This document shows, piece by piece, positions 1 to 12,852 of a DNA stretch of 64,000 nt (position 1 is the first letter of the stretch; each line of letters starts with the position of its first letter). A model generated the notes under the pieces. That model was not told where the DNA came from and ran no database searches. It was given only the letters and a program-made list of their open reading frames with translations. A program made the position numbers and the translations under genes. This stretch comes from Octopus vulgaris (lineage: Eukaryota): assembly GCA_951406725.2 (NCBI GenBank), contig OX597832.1, forward strand, positions 40,114,001 through 40,178,000, read 5' to 3'.

Positions 1-491
1 ATCATCAGCTCATTGAACAGTGTAGTCCTTGATACACTGTTCCACATAACATAATAGTCTATTATGTCCGCAGAGTCTTTAATCATACTTCTGCTCAGTG
101 AGGGTTGGCCTGGATGGAACAAAATATTCATGAAGGTCTCTTAACCATAACAACTTGGCTAAAAAGCATAATTCAGCTAAGAGCTTCAGGATTTCCAACA
201 AAAGTACAAAGTTTACCCTCTTTGTATGTGTGTGTGTACAAAGTATTATTCATCTAATTGATCCCAGCACTTGGGTGATACTTGTTGACCCAGAAAGGAT
301 GAAAAAGCAAAGTCTGTTTCAGCAGAATTGAACTCAGAACAAAAAGGGGGCATAGGGTTAGGGATAGGGTGTAAGATAACTAATCCTGTATTTCTGCTCC
401 TCTCACCCAGTATATCACATATATTCGAAGGAGACAATCAGGTAGCCTTCTGGTAGTTGTTCAGCCTGCTGGAAATAACAGTAAAATCTTC

Positions 492-890
492 CAGGAGTGG
501 CTGTGTGGTAAGAAGTTTGCTTCCCAACCATATGGTCCTAGATTCAGTTCCACTGCTTGGTACCTTGGGCAAGTGTCTTCTACTATAGCCCTGGGCTGAC
601 CAAAGCATTGTGAGTGGATTTGGTTGATGGAAACTGAAAGAAGCCCTTTATATATATATTTGTGTGTGTGTGTGTGTGCGTGCATATAATTGTACCCTGC
701 CACTGTCTGACAACTGGTGTTGGTGCGTTTACATCCCTGTAACTTAGTAGTTCGGCAAAAGAGACTAATAGAATAAGTACCAAGCTTAAAACGAAAGTAA
801 GTGCTGGGGTTGATTTGTTTGAATAAAATTCTTCAAGGTGGTGCCCCAGCATGGCCACAGTCTAATGACTGAAACACGTAAAAGATGAAA
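492..890 (+). mobile_element. SINE family B (tRNA head, CORE-like ACCTTGGGCAAGT, internal TA/TG microsatellite, CR1-type tail)
   Basis: Homologous to copies at 1073, 8390, 9930, 12853, 34600, 39060; interrupts an older repeat. Confidence 0.85.
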
Positions 891-1072
891 AAACACACAC
901 AAAAAAAAAATCTACTTCTCAGCATTTTTAAAAGGAAGATCACGTTGGATATTGTAATCCAAGATAGACTAAATCTGAATTGCAGACAGGAGAATCACAT
1001 GTGCTGGGTCATTGACCTGCTCAGTCAGTCAACCTGAGGCTAAACCACCAACAACTGCATAAATAAATAAAT

Positions 1073-1238
1073 AGGCACAGGAGTGGCTGTGTGGTAAGTA
1101 GCTTGCTTACCAACCACATGGTTCTGGGTTCAATCCCACTGCGTAGTATCTTGGGCAAGTGTCTTCTACTATAGCCTCGGGCCGACCAAAGCCTTGTGAG
1201 TGGATTTGGTAGATGGAAACTGAAAGAAGCCCGTCGTA

Positions 1239-1278
<40 letters not shown>

Positions 1279-1490
1279 TGTGTGTGTGTGTTTGTCCCCC
1301 TAGCATTGCTTGACAACCGATGCGGGTGTGTTTACGTCCCCGTTACTTAGCAGTTCGGCAAAAGAGACCGATAGAATAAGTACTGGGCTTACAAAAGAAT
1401 AAGTCCCGGGGTCAAGTTGCTCGATTAAAGGCGGTGCTCCAGCATGGCCGCAGTCAAATGACTGAAACAAGTAAAAGAGTAAAAGAGAGA
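1073..1490 (+). mobile_element. SINE family B, full length
   Basis: A-box TGGCTGTGTGG, B-box GGTTCAATCCC, tail GGCGGTGCTCCAGCATGGCCGCAGTC...GTAAAAGA repeats. Confidence 0.9.
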
Positions 1491-1539
1491 GAGAGAGAGA
1501 GTTCTAAAAACTTCCTAATATTTCAATGAAGAAGGAAGT

Positions 1540-1745
1540 CTCTATGGAGTCATTTAGTCTGCTAGAAATAGCAGCTAAATCTGCCTAAACCTATGCCTTA
1601 CTGTCTTTCGAAAAGGAAAGACTCTTTGCATCATTAATTGGTTCTAGAAGCACTGTCTCTGGAGAAAAGGCAGGATAGTCATGGCTAAGATCTAGTTGAT
1701 TGTTGACCTGCTGGGTCTGGGCTTACCTAGGGTTGAATAACAGCA
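1540..1745 (+). mobile_element. Old abundant dispersed repeat (CTGCTAGAAATAGCAGC...GTAGTCCTAGATACAC...GGGCTAAACAAC); many decayed copies on both strands
   Basis: Recurs near 1-120, 440-1055 (split), 13200, 16390-16620, 17870, 22740, 29500, 32100, 33600, 41950-42120, 45800, 49090-49490, 61900. Confidence 0.65.
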
Positions 1746-2152
1746 TATAGTCCATTGTGTGTGACATATGTATTTACTTACAGTTCTAAGTGTATGTTGC
1801 AGCTTTTCAGAGTAAGGCATTAGATACTGTCTAATATATATATAACACTGAGGAGAGAGAGAGAGATTGAATGTGTGTGTGAGAGAGAATGAGTGTATAA
1901 GAGAGAGGGAAAGGCAGACAGAGAGAAAGAAAGATTGATGTGTGAGAGGGAGAGAGAGATTGAGAGTGTGAGAAGCAGAGACAGAGAAAGTGAAAGATTG
2001 TGTATGTGAGAGGCAGAAGCAGACAGACAGTGAGATTAATTGTGTGTGAGAGGGAAAGAGAGAGAGAGAGGGATTGAGAGAGATTGTGTTTATGTGTGAG
2101 AAAAAGAAAGGGATTGAGTTTGTGTATGTGTCTGAGAGAAATTGATTGTATA

Positions 2153-2183
<31 letters not shown>

Positions 2184-2638
2184 TCTAAAGATATTTGAAG
2201 TTTATCAAATTTAATAAATAAGAAAGCTAAGTATCAAGTGGTTATTAGTATCATGTTGAAAAGTGAAAGTAGAAAAATGGTAAGACTGAATCTATTTAAC
2301 ATCATTAATTATGTAGACTGAATCAATAATCTGAATTCTTGGAAGTGCCATTATGAATAGAGACAAAGGCGGCGAGCTGACAGAATGTTAGCATGCCAGA
2401 AAAATGCTCTGCGGCATTTCCTGTCTTTACGTTCTGAGTTCAAATTCCACCGAGGTTGACTTTGCCCTTCGTCCTTTTGGGGTCGATAAAATAAGTACCA
2501 GTTGATCACTGGGGTCAGTGTAATCGACTTGCCCCCTCCCCCAAAGTTGCTGGTCTTGTACCAAAATTTGAAACCAGTATTAATTTCATATCATAGATTG
2601 CTCTGTACACACACAACACACATAAATACACAGCTTGG

Positions 2639-2673
<35 letters not shown>

Positions 2674-3185
2674 TGTACATGTGTGGCTGTGTTAGCTTGC
2701 GTGTGTGCATGTTTGGTGATAAAGACCCTTTCGGTCATGAATGACCAAGGGATTGCACCTAGAGGCAGCAGTCAGAGTAAGTTTGTTTATGGAAGACCAG
2801 CAGACACCCATGCACACCAGCCTCTTCTCTTGAGATTGCTCCAATCTGGCCAGCCCCAAAGAAAAACTAAGCTAAGAGCATTAGATTCCTTGCAAGAAAG
2901 CAGCGAATGTATACAAAAGCAAGGACAGTAAAAACGGACAATGTTACACAAATATAAATACAATAAAAATAATAACAGGACACAACAACAGGTGTCTTTC
3001 GACTAAGGACGAATTGAATTAAGCTGGTGCATGTCGAAATGAAGAGATACAAAACTTTCACAAACATGGGGGAGAATATCAATGTTGCACCACCTAGCTG
3101 CCCAGATGTTTTGCGGTCTTGTCCCATTTTGTATTTTATATATATATATATATATATATATGTTTGTGTGTGTGTGTGTGTGTGT

Positions 3186-3458
3186 GTGGAGGCGCAATGG
3201 CCCAGTGGACTCGCGGTTTTGATTCCCAGACCGGGTGTTGTGAGTGTTTATTGAGCAAAAACACCTAAAGATCCACAAGGCTCCCGCAGGGGGTGGTGGC
3301 GATCCCTGCTGTACTCTTTCGCCGCAACTTTCTCTCACTCTATCTTCTGTTGGCCTGCTCGCTTAGCCAGCGGGGTGGCGTCATTTGAAGGCTAAAGCAA
3401 TGCGAAGCGCATTGTGACCAGCGAGGTCTAGCAACATCTGATAGTATGATTAGTCATG

Positions 3459-3462
<4 letters not shown>
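3186..3462 (+). mobile_element. tRNA-derived SINE family D (partly deleted head)
   Basis: GTGGAGGCGCAATGGCCCAGTGG head, homologous to 63812-64000. Confidence 0.8.
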
Positions 3463-3509
<47 letters not shown>

Positions 3510-3615
3510 ATACAATGTTACATTACTCGGTAGTAACATATTGTATAGATAAATTTCCTCTATTTACATAATATTGAGGTCTCTTTCTTTCTTTTGTTAT
3601 CTTACCGTTTTATCA

Positions 3616-3668
<53 letters not shown>

Positions 3669-3759
3669 CCACTCATATATATAAACGTGTGTATATATCA
3701 TTTGCATGTTTGTGCATGTAACTGAATGTATGTATGCATTTATGTCGTAATATTTACAT

Positions 3760-3994
3760 AAAGGAACGAAATCCTTAAGAAGTTAATTAGCAGCGGATAT
3801 CATCGAGTGACAGGTTTAGTTGGTACCTGGCACCTGTTTAATCCCCCATCCTCAGCCAACACCAATACCTCTGCCTCCTTCGACAGATCGCTGAGACGGC
3901 GGCCTGTGAACGGATGCAGATATCTGCACGTTGAGCTGAGTAGTAAAAATATTTCAACTGCACTCCTTGCTGACGGTTGAAGATTTCCAGTCTG
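3760..3994 (+). promoter_or_regulatory. Candidate upstream non-coding exon or promoter-proximal region
   Basis: Unique, CpG-containing, repeat-free sequence ending in CTG|GTAATG (3994/3995). Confidence 0.3.
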
Positions 3995-4231
3995 GTAATG
4001 TAATTAGTTAATGAATATTTTCTCTGTTTGCTAATTGAGTTGATGAATTAGTAATATGCTTTTATGCATTGTTTCTTGACTGTGTGTGCTACCTGTCTCG
4101 TGTCATGATAAGAGTTCAAGAAAGTGGTTACTTAGTGTGTCTCTCACCTTCCTTTTCTGTATGTAGAACGATATCTGTGGCAAGTGTCTACCTGGGCCTG
4201 CCTGTACCTCACCTTGGTATTTACCTCATTA

Positions 4232-4637
4232 AGGCGGCGAGCTGGCAGAAACGTTAGCACGCCGGGCGAAATGCTTAGCGGTATTTCGTCTGTCGCTGCG
4301 TTCTGAGTTCGAATTCCGCCGAGGTCGATTTTGCCTTTCATCCTTTCGGGGTCGATTAAATAAGTACCAGTTACGCACTGGGGTCGATGTAATCGACTTA
4401 ATCCGTTTGTCTGTCCTTGTTTGTCTCCTCTGTGTTTAGCCCCTTGTGGGTAGTAAAGTAATGGGTATTTCATCTGCCATTACGTTCTGAGTTCAAATTC
4501 CGCCGAGGTCGACTTTGTCTTTCATCCTTTCGGGGTCGATAAATTAAGTACCAGTTACGCACTGGGGTCGATATAATCAACTTAATCCATTTGTCTGTCC
4601 TTTTTATGTTTTGCCCCTTGTGGGTAGTAAAGAAATA
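4232..4637 (+). mobile_element. SINE family A head-body-body dimer (tRNA-like head; GCCTTTCATCCTTTCGGGGTCGATAAA central domain, Meta-domain-like)
   Basis: Body duplicated with junction at ~4464; 14-bp TSD GGTATTTACCTCAT at 4216-4229 and 4638-4651. Confidence 0.9.
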
Positions 4638-5336
4638 GGTATTTACCTCATAAGTGTATTGTGTGTGTGTGTTATAAGTACAGGCATGGCTGTGCAGTTA
4701 AGAAGTTCACTTCCCAACCACATGGCTCTGGGTTCAGTCCCACTGTGTGGCAGATTGGGCAAGTGTCTTCTACTATAGTCCCCCAGGCCAACCAAAGCCT
4801 TGTGAATGGATTTGGTAGATGAAAACTGAAAGAAGCCTGATGTGTATCTTTATCTTTTACTTGTTTCAGACATTTGACTGTGGCCATGCTGGAGCACCAC
4901 TTTGAAGGACTTAGTTGAACAAATCAACCCCTGTACCTTTTTTTTTTTTTAAGTCTGGGACTTATTCTGTCTTTTGCTGAACTACTTAGATTTGTAAACA
5001 ACCCAACACTGCTTGTCGAGTGGTGGAAGTCATGGCAGACACAAAGACACACACAACCACACAAATATATAAATTCAAAACAATGTGGATAAATAAATGT
5101 TACACTTGGTAGAATAATCTAAATCATAATCTTCCAGAGCTTTTAATAATTAGAAAGTTATTTTGCTAAATACTTTATTATTTTAAAAATTAATTGAAAC
5201 GAAGGTTGCAATTAAAGTCGATGCAGTTGAAAGGCACAGATCCAGAAAGGAATGCTGTAAATAACTTTGGTAAAATTATAGAGGTTGAAAATCTCTGTTC
5301 TCCTCATCATTATTAATACTATATATATATATATAT

Positions 5337-5760
5337 CATCATCATCATCGTCGTTTAACATCTGCTTTCCATGCTGGCATGGGTTGGACGGTTTAACTGG
5401 GGTCTGGGAAGCCAGAAGGCTGCACCTGGCCCAGTCTGTTCTGGCAGTGTTTCTACAGCTGGATGCCCTTCCTAACGCCAACCACTCCGTGAGTGTAGTG
5501 GGTGCTTTTTACGTGCCACTGGCACAGGTGCCAGGGGAGGCTGACGAACAGCCACGATCAGATGGTGCTTTTTACGTGCCACCGGCACGGAGGCCAGTCA
5601 GGGTGGCACTGGCTATGGCCACGTTTGGATGGTTCTCTTACGTGCCACCGGCACTGGTATCACAGCTACAAATTCCATTGATGTTGATCAATTGCGATTT
5701 TGATTTTGATTTTCACTTGCCTCAACAGGTCTTCACAAGTGGAGTTTTGTGTCCCAAGAA
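5337..5760 (-). mobile_element. SINE-like family C with internal ~50-bp tandem units and (TGA)n tail
   Basis: Shares GTGGTTGGCGTTAGGAAGGGCATCCAGCTGTAGAAAC block and TGA tail with 5860-6035, 11247, 13385, 22975, 28149, 54972, 63120. Confidence 0.85.
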
Positions 5761-5791
5761 GGAAAGGAAAGGAATGCATAAGGGAAAGGAA

Positions 5792-5830
<39 letters not shown>

Positions 5831-6622
5831 ATATAAAAGCACTACTGCTTGTGTTACATAGAAAGCACCGAGTACACTCTGTGGAGTGGTTGGTGTTAGG
5901 AAGGGTCTTCAGCCTTAGAAACCAGAACAGATAATGGTGCCTGGTGTAGTCCCCAGCCTTACAAGCTCTGGTCAAACTGCCCAACCCATGCCAGCATGGA
6001 AAACGAACATTAAATGATGATGATGATGATGATGATATATAAAAGTACTGAGCTTGGTTGATTTGTTTGACTAAATCTTTCAAGGTGGTTCTCCAGCATG
6101 ATTACAGTCCAATGACTGAAACCAGTAAACGATAAGATACACACACACACAGATATAAGCTGATAACTGGTGTTGGTGTGTTTACATCCCCATAACTTAG
6201 CAGTTCAGCCAAAGAGACTGATAGAATAAGTACCTGGCTTAAAAAATAAAAAAAAAAGTAATGGGGTCTATTCAATTGACTAAAATTAAAGGTCCAACAT
6301 TGTCACATATTCTATTATGCTGGTTTGGTCTGAGAATTACATAAGATGTCTGTGGAATACTCAGCCACTTACATGTTAATTTCTATAACAAGGTAGTAGA
6401 AATGATTGAAACTGAATGTTCATCATCGAAACAAATAAAAGTGCCCCAGCATGGCCACAGTCAAATGACTGAAACAAGCAAAAGAATAAAAGAATTGATA
6501 CAAACTGACTAACAGCTAAGTCATTTGAACGTGTGATGGTACAGAATATTCTCCATGGTTTATCACCAAGCTTGTGCAAAGCTATAAAACAGTATAATGA
6601 AGGTAGAACGTCATTCAGCTAA

Positions 6623-6655
<33 letters not shown>

Positions 6656-7174
6656 CCTGTTATTTTTCTCTGTGTCCACACACTGTAATAGAATATTTTG
6701 AACTCCCAAAAGAAAGATGCCAAAATCAACAGTTTGTAGTGTTTATTTTTACAAACTAATGTCATTAGGTCAAGGTTACTAGTGTCTAACACAACCTCAC
6801 TGTTTAGATTTTGGCAACATAACATGCTTTTACACACACACACACACATGGTAGGAATTTATATTTCTCTGTGGTTATTTACGGTCAGTTATTCAAGCAT
6901 CATGGTCAAAGTCACTAGTTTGAACATTTATAGCTTTTGCTGTGCTTTTCACTCCCTTTTGGGTAGGGGATGGAATTTGTATATTTCTTCCTATATATGT
7001 GTGTGTGTGTGTGTGTGGATGTTTTTCAAAAAGATTTAATACCAAATTAGGGCTTGGTAGTCTCTTAGGGTTCATCGTAGAGAAGCTAACATGCCTGACA
7101 TGAAGCTAACATGTAAGTGAAATTAAGGAAGTAGTAATGCTTGAAATCCAGTTGACGGCCACCATGTATGTATT

Positions 7175-7206
<32 letters not shown>

Positions 7207-7467
7207 TGCATATGCATGTCTGCGTCTGTTTGTATATACAGACATTCCAATAACATTTATATAAACAGTGTCAGAACATTTTTTTTCTCTATTTTTTTAG
7301 ATGACATTGCAAACATATATTTGCATTTAAACTTTGTAGCTTTTTCTTCTTTTTCTCAACCACCTTACTTCATCATCGTCATTTTTTTTATCTTTTACTT
7401 GTTTCAGTCATTAAGACTGCAAGCATGGGAAAAGTGGATGATGATGGTGGTGGTGATGATGATGTAT

Positions 7468-7676
7468 AGTTAAGTTAAGTTAATTTTTTGGCTCAAAAAG
7501 CAAAAAGCAAGGCCATGTAGGGGGACATGGAGTTATGTACAGGGAGGGTGTTCATGCAAAGAGTTCTGGCCATTTCTGGTCAAGAGAGACTTTGAACCGA
7601 GCGGTCGTCGGCACCTTCACTATCTCGTCCGGCAGCTTATTCCCCGTTACCGCAACCCGGACGGAGAAAGCCCCTT
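7468..7676 (-). mobile_element. CR1-clade LINE 3' end fragment
   Basis: Minus strand translates FSVRVAVTGNKLPDEIVKVPTTARFKVSLDQKWPELFA*, typical CR1 ORF2 C-terminus; (TAACT)n tail. Confidence 0.8.
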
Positions 7677-8180
7677 CCTCTCAGTTTCTCTCTGCAAAAT
7701 TCCACTCACAAGCCCAAGGCTACTGGAGTAGATCTCACTATATGGCCCAAAGTGTTGTGAGATCAAACCTAGCGTCTTTGGGTTGCAAAGCATACTTCTT
7801 AACCACACGGCTATTCTTACAGGTGTTATACATACCTTTCTGTCTCATCTCTCTGCCCTCTAAAATTCTGGTTCCTGTCTTTGTTGGAAGTTAATATTGA
7901 TTTCTCTAAAGGAAATAATTGTAGAATTATCAAAATTTGCACAGGATTTAAGATTTGAATGTTTAACCCCCGCCCCACCTCCACTTCCCCAAATAATAAA
8001 AAGTTTTATATTTTTGCAGCAGAAGCCATACAATTTGTGACATTCTGAATACAAATACATTTCCTTCCTCTGGAAGTCTTCAGACAATAAATGTAAGTTT
8101 AAACAAGTCTGCCAATAGAAATATTGGATTGTAAAGCCAAGGGGCTTCTCAGTAATGTAACACATTGACAAAGTCACACA

Positions 8181-8213
<33 letters not shown>

Positions 8214-8389
8214 CTGTCTCTCTCTCTCTTTCTCACTCTCTCTCTCACTCATACACATAATACTTACTCAAATACAACTCTCTCTTTGTCTCTCTCTCTC
8301 TCTCTCTTTGTCTCTCTCTCTCTCTCTCTTTGTCTCTCTCTCTCTCTCTCTTTGTCTCTCTCTCTCTCTCTCGCACAATACTCACATAC

Positions 8390-8802
8390 TCTTTACTCTT
8401 TTACTCTTTTACTTGTTTCAGTCATTTGACTGAAGCCATGCTGGAGCACTGCCTTTAGTCGAGCAAATCGACCCCGGGACTTATTCTTTGTAAGCCCAGT
8501 ACTTATTCTATCGGTCTCTTTTGCCGAACCGCTAAGTGACGGGGACATAAAACACACCAGCATCGGTTGTCAAGCAATGCTAGGGGGACAAACACAGACA
8601 CACAAACCCACACACATGCACATATACATATATATACATATATACGACAGGCTTCTTTCAGTTTCCGTCTACCAAATCCACTCACAAGGCATTTGTTGGC
8701 CCAGGGCTATAGCAGAAGACACTTGCCCAAGATGCCACGCAGTGGGACTGAACCCGGAACCATGTGGCTGGTAAGCAAGCTACTTACCACACAGCCACTC
8801 CT
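8390..8802 (-). mobile_element. SINE family B, full length
   Basis: Reverse complement of 1073-1490. Confidence 0.9.
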
Positions 8803-9244
8803 ACTTTCTCTTTCTCATATAAACTCAAAGACATATGATGGTGATGCCGAAGACTATTGATCTTTTATTTGTTTCGACGATGAGCATTCAGTTCCAATCA
8901 TTTCAACTACCTGATTATAGAAATTAACATGTAACTGGCTGAGTATTCCACAGACATATTATGTAATTCTCAGACCAAACCAGCATAATAGGATATGTGA
9001 CAATGTTGGACCTTTAAATTCTCAGTACAGACCTGTCCATTGGCTTCTACATAGTTTCCCCTCTACCAAGTTGCACTTACAAGTCTTCGATCAACATAAA
9101 GTTTTGGCAAAAGACCACTTGCCAAGGATGTCTTGCAGTGGGATCGAACCTGGAACCTCATGATTGTGATGTGAACTTATTAACCACTTAGTCATGCCTG
9201 CATTTGTGTTTACACAAAAAACTCAAACTCTCTCTCCCTATCTT

Positions 9245-9416
9245 GGTATAAGCTGCCGGATGAGATAGTAAAGATGCTGACGATCACTCGGTTCAAAGTC
9301 TCTCTTGACCAGAAATGGCCTGAACTCTTTGCATGAACACCCTCCCTGTACATAACTCCATGTCCCCCTACATGGCCTTGCTTTTGGCTTTTTGAGCCAA
9401 AAAAATTAACTTAACT
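9245..9416 (+). mobile_element. CR1-clade LINE 3' end fragment, same family as 7468-7676
   Basis: Near-identical reverse complement of 7468-7640. Confidence 0.8.
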
Positions 9417-9421
9417 ATCTC

Positions 9422-9454
<33 letters not shown>

Positions 9455-9929
9455 GTTGTATACTTACAAAAATGTATTGGTTTGTGTTCTATACTTGATA
9501 TGTTCAGAGTTTGTAATAGAGTATTGATTTTCTTTCAGTTAAGCAGAAGGTTCACGTTCTTTAGATATACAATCATCATCAATCATCATCCATTTTTCCA
9601 TGCCTGCATGGACCATACAGAATCTTACTACAGCAGGATGCCCATCCTGTCCCCAACCCTTCACCCATTTCTAATCAAGGTAATATTTCCCCGTGGCCAC
9701 TCATATTCTTGCAGAATACTCAGTGATACTCATTTACAACAATCACATACATACACACACAAAAAACCTATTCAGTTTCCATCTACCAAATCCACTCACA
9801 AAGCTTTGGTCAGCCCAAGGCTGTAGCAGACAACACTTATGCAAGGTGCCATACTGTAAGATTCGACCCCCAAACCCTATGGTCAAGAAGCAGACTTCTT
9901 ACCACACAGCCACATATACATATATTCTT

Positions 9930-10130
9930 CTATTTGTTTCAGTCATTTGATTGTAGCCACGCTGGAGGACCACCTTTAATCAAACAAAACAGCCCCAGGA
10001 CTTACTCTTTGTAAGCCTAGTACTTATTCTATTGGTCTCTTTTTGCTGAACCACTAAGTTAAGCTGATGTAAACACACCAACATCAGTTGTCAAGCAATG
10101 GTGAGAGACAAACACAGACACACAAACATT

Positions 10131-10167
<37 letters not shown>

Positions 10168-10350
10168 ATATATATACATATACATGATGGGCTTCCTTCA
10201 GTTTCCGTCAACCAAATCCACTCACAAGGCTTTGGTTGGTCCAAGGCTATTGTATAAGACACTTACTCAAGATGCCATGCAGTGGGACTGAACCTGGAAC
10301 CACCGTCATCGGGAAGCAAGCTTCTTACCACAGTCATGCCTGCACCTATT
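9930..10350 (-). mobile_element. SINE family B
   Basis: Reverse-complement homology to 1073-1490. Confidence 0.85.
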
Positions 10351-10887
10351 TGACAGATAAAAGAAGAAAAAAAGAATAGAATAGAATACAAGGGTTGCGT
10401 TTTTAAAGAAATGGTTTTGAAAACATTTCTTCAGTTATGGCAGCACTTCTGTTTATAAGCAGCACGTTGGAGTTCAGTTGTGTTTATTTTAGCTGTTTAT
10501 GAACGAGAAGCCTTGATTGTTTAAAGTAGATTAGGTCACACTAATTAAGTGAGATTAACAGATTTAGCTGTACATGTGGTGGTGTTTATGAGTGCTTTTC
10601 GGTGTAATAATTGTTTGGTGTAGTTGCTATCTAAGCTTATGGGAGGCAATTATGCTTGCATAAGAATGGATTAAGATTGTTACCTGAATCTGTTATGAAA
10701 TAGTTTAAAGATCTCGATGGTGGTGATGATGATGATGATGGTGATTGATAATGTGGCTTAAGATTGTTGTTACTTAATGATGGTGCTAGGTGCTAAGGGT
10801 TTAGATTTACTTATATCAGTTAACTATCAATCAACAGTAAGTTCCTCTTTAGATAACAGCAGTGATTCTTTAACACACATACACACA

Positions 10888-10956
<69 letters not shown>

Positions 10957-11246
10957 CTCTCTCTCCCTCACTCCCTCCATTCCTCTACAGTAGGGAAATA
11001 ACTTTTGAATGACACCATACTAATCTGAATTGCATTTCAACCAAATAATATCTTGTTTTTCTCTTTCTTCTTGCTCTGTTTTTTCTATTTAATTAAAACT
11101 ATTTACTGCTCCAGTTCGTATTGTATTGCTATAATGACAAAAATATGTCATGACTAAATCAGATTATTCTTACATATTTCATAAATGAGCTACACATATG
11201 ACACATACTCATATGTATATACGCTCACCCATACATACGTATATAT

Positions 11247-11560
11247 ATGGCACGTAAAAGCACCATCCGTTCGTGTCCGTTGCCAGCCTCGCCTGGCCCC
11301 CGTGCCGGTGGCATGTAAAAAGCACCAACTAATCGTGGCTGTTTGCCAGCTCCGTCTGGCACCTGTGCGGGTGGCACGTAAAAAGTACCCACTACACTCA
11401 CGTAGTGGTTGGCATTAGGAAGGGCATCCAGCCGTAGAAACACTGCCAGATCAGACTGGGCCTGATGCAGCCTTCTGGCTTCCTAGACCCCAGTTGAACC
11501 GTCCAACCCATGCTAGCATGGAAAGCGGACGCTAAATGATGATGATGATGATGATGATGA
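11247..11560 (+). mobile_element. Family C, 5'-truncated
   Basis: Three GGCA(C/T)GTAAAA units then conserved block and (TGA)n. Confidence 0.85.
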
Positions 11561-11705
11561 GCTATATTCTAATAAAACTGTAAAACCCCCTTGAATTACT
11601 GGTTGTGGAAATACATCCAGCTGGGAAATAACTGGGTGACAGGCCTGACAATTTAAGGAGAACGAAGTCCTTTGTCATCTTTAGAACCAACAGTTGCTTC
11701 TGCTT

Positions 11706-11905
11706 TCTTATTTCTTTATTGCCCACAAGTGGTTAAACATAGAGGGGACAGACAAGGACAGACAAATGGATTAAGTCAATTACATCAACCCCAGTGCGTA
11801 ACTGGTACTTAATTTATCGACCCTGAAAGGATGAAAGGCAAAGTCGACCTCGGCGGAATTTGAACTCAGAAAGTAAAGACAGACGAAATACCGCTAAGAT
11901 ATTTC
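11706..11905 (-). mobile_element. SINE family A (other - strand copies near 31518-31697, 40166-40347, 49914-50075, 61150-61347)
   Basis: Reverse-complement homology to family A body. Confidence 0.85.
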
Positions 11906-12852
11906 ATCTCTGGAATTACTCATTAGCTAACTAGAAATATATGGTGAAGAAATAATAATATTAATCAGTGAGTAACATTATTTGAATTTTGCCAGGGAGT
12001 TCTAAGAGTCAATTCCAGACATGCTTAAGTTGCATTTTGACCATTCTTAACGATGCATAAACTTCATTATATTTGCCAAAATTATGATGAAAGAATCATT
12101 GAGGAAATGTAGAAAATTGTACACTGGGATGTGACAGGAAAATAGAAATATTTAAAAAGTAAATGACTTAGATACTTTTCTCTGATGAGTTCAGAATAAG
12201 ATTGAAACCTGATCAACATTGTCTCATGTTCTTGTTTGGGAGATGGGAATGAAACATAATACATAAGGACATTGACTGAATTTGGTTATTTTTTCTTCTC
12301 ATTTTATGATTTTTCTTTGGTTTACTGATGTTTCCTGTATTCTATATGTTAACTGCTATTTATGAGGTTGCCATGTCAGATTTTTATCTGTTTGACCATT
12401 ATTTCATTGCTTTAGCTGTCATCTGGAAACATGAAAGCTAAATATAAAGTGTGAAGCATATAGAATACATATAATTATGTGACAGTTATATATTCCCACT
12501 GAATCAATACTCTATTTGTGCTTCTACGTATATTGATATATTGTCTCCATCTCAGTCGATATAAGAAGGAGTGGTGGTTTTCTGGCAAAACTACTACAGT
12601 GTCACAATAAAAATTCTTTGCAGCATTTGTTTTGATTCTTTACATTCTGAGTTCAAATCCCACTGCAGTCAGCTTTGGCTCTCGTCCTTCCAGGGTTTAT
12701 AAAATAAGGTCCCAGTTTAGTAGTGGAGTTGATGGTGTTGACCAACAGGATTGTTCCAACTGTAACCATTCTGCCATTTATTCAGGAATGCTGCATCTTG
12801 GGTGAAATCCTTCAGAATATCTTCTTCCTTTTTTCTTTTTTTTTTCTGTACA

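Noticed and set aside
4464-4637. Hammerhead in the SINE A tandem unit (retrozyme hypothesis)
   Set aside because: No CTGANGA...GAAA core with compatible stems seen on either strand
5285-5836. 183-aa ORF with recurrent LQLDALPNANH motif
   Set aside because: Antisense reading of repeat family C; recurs because the repeat does
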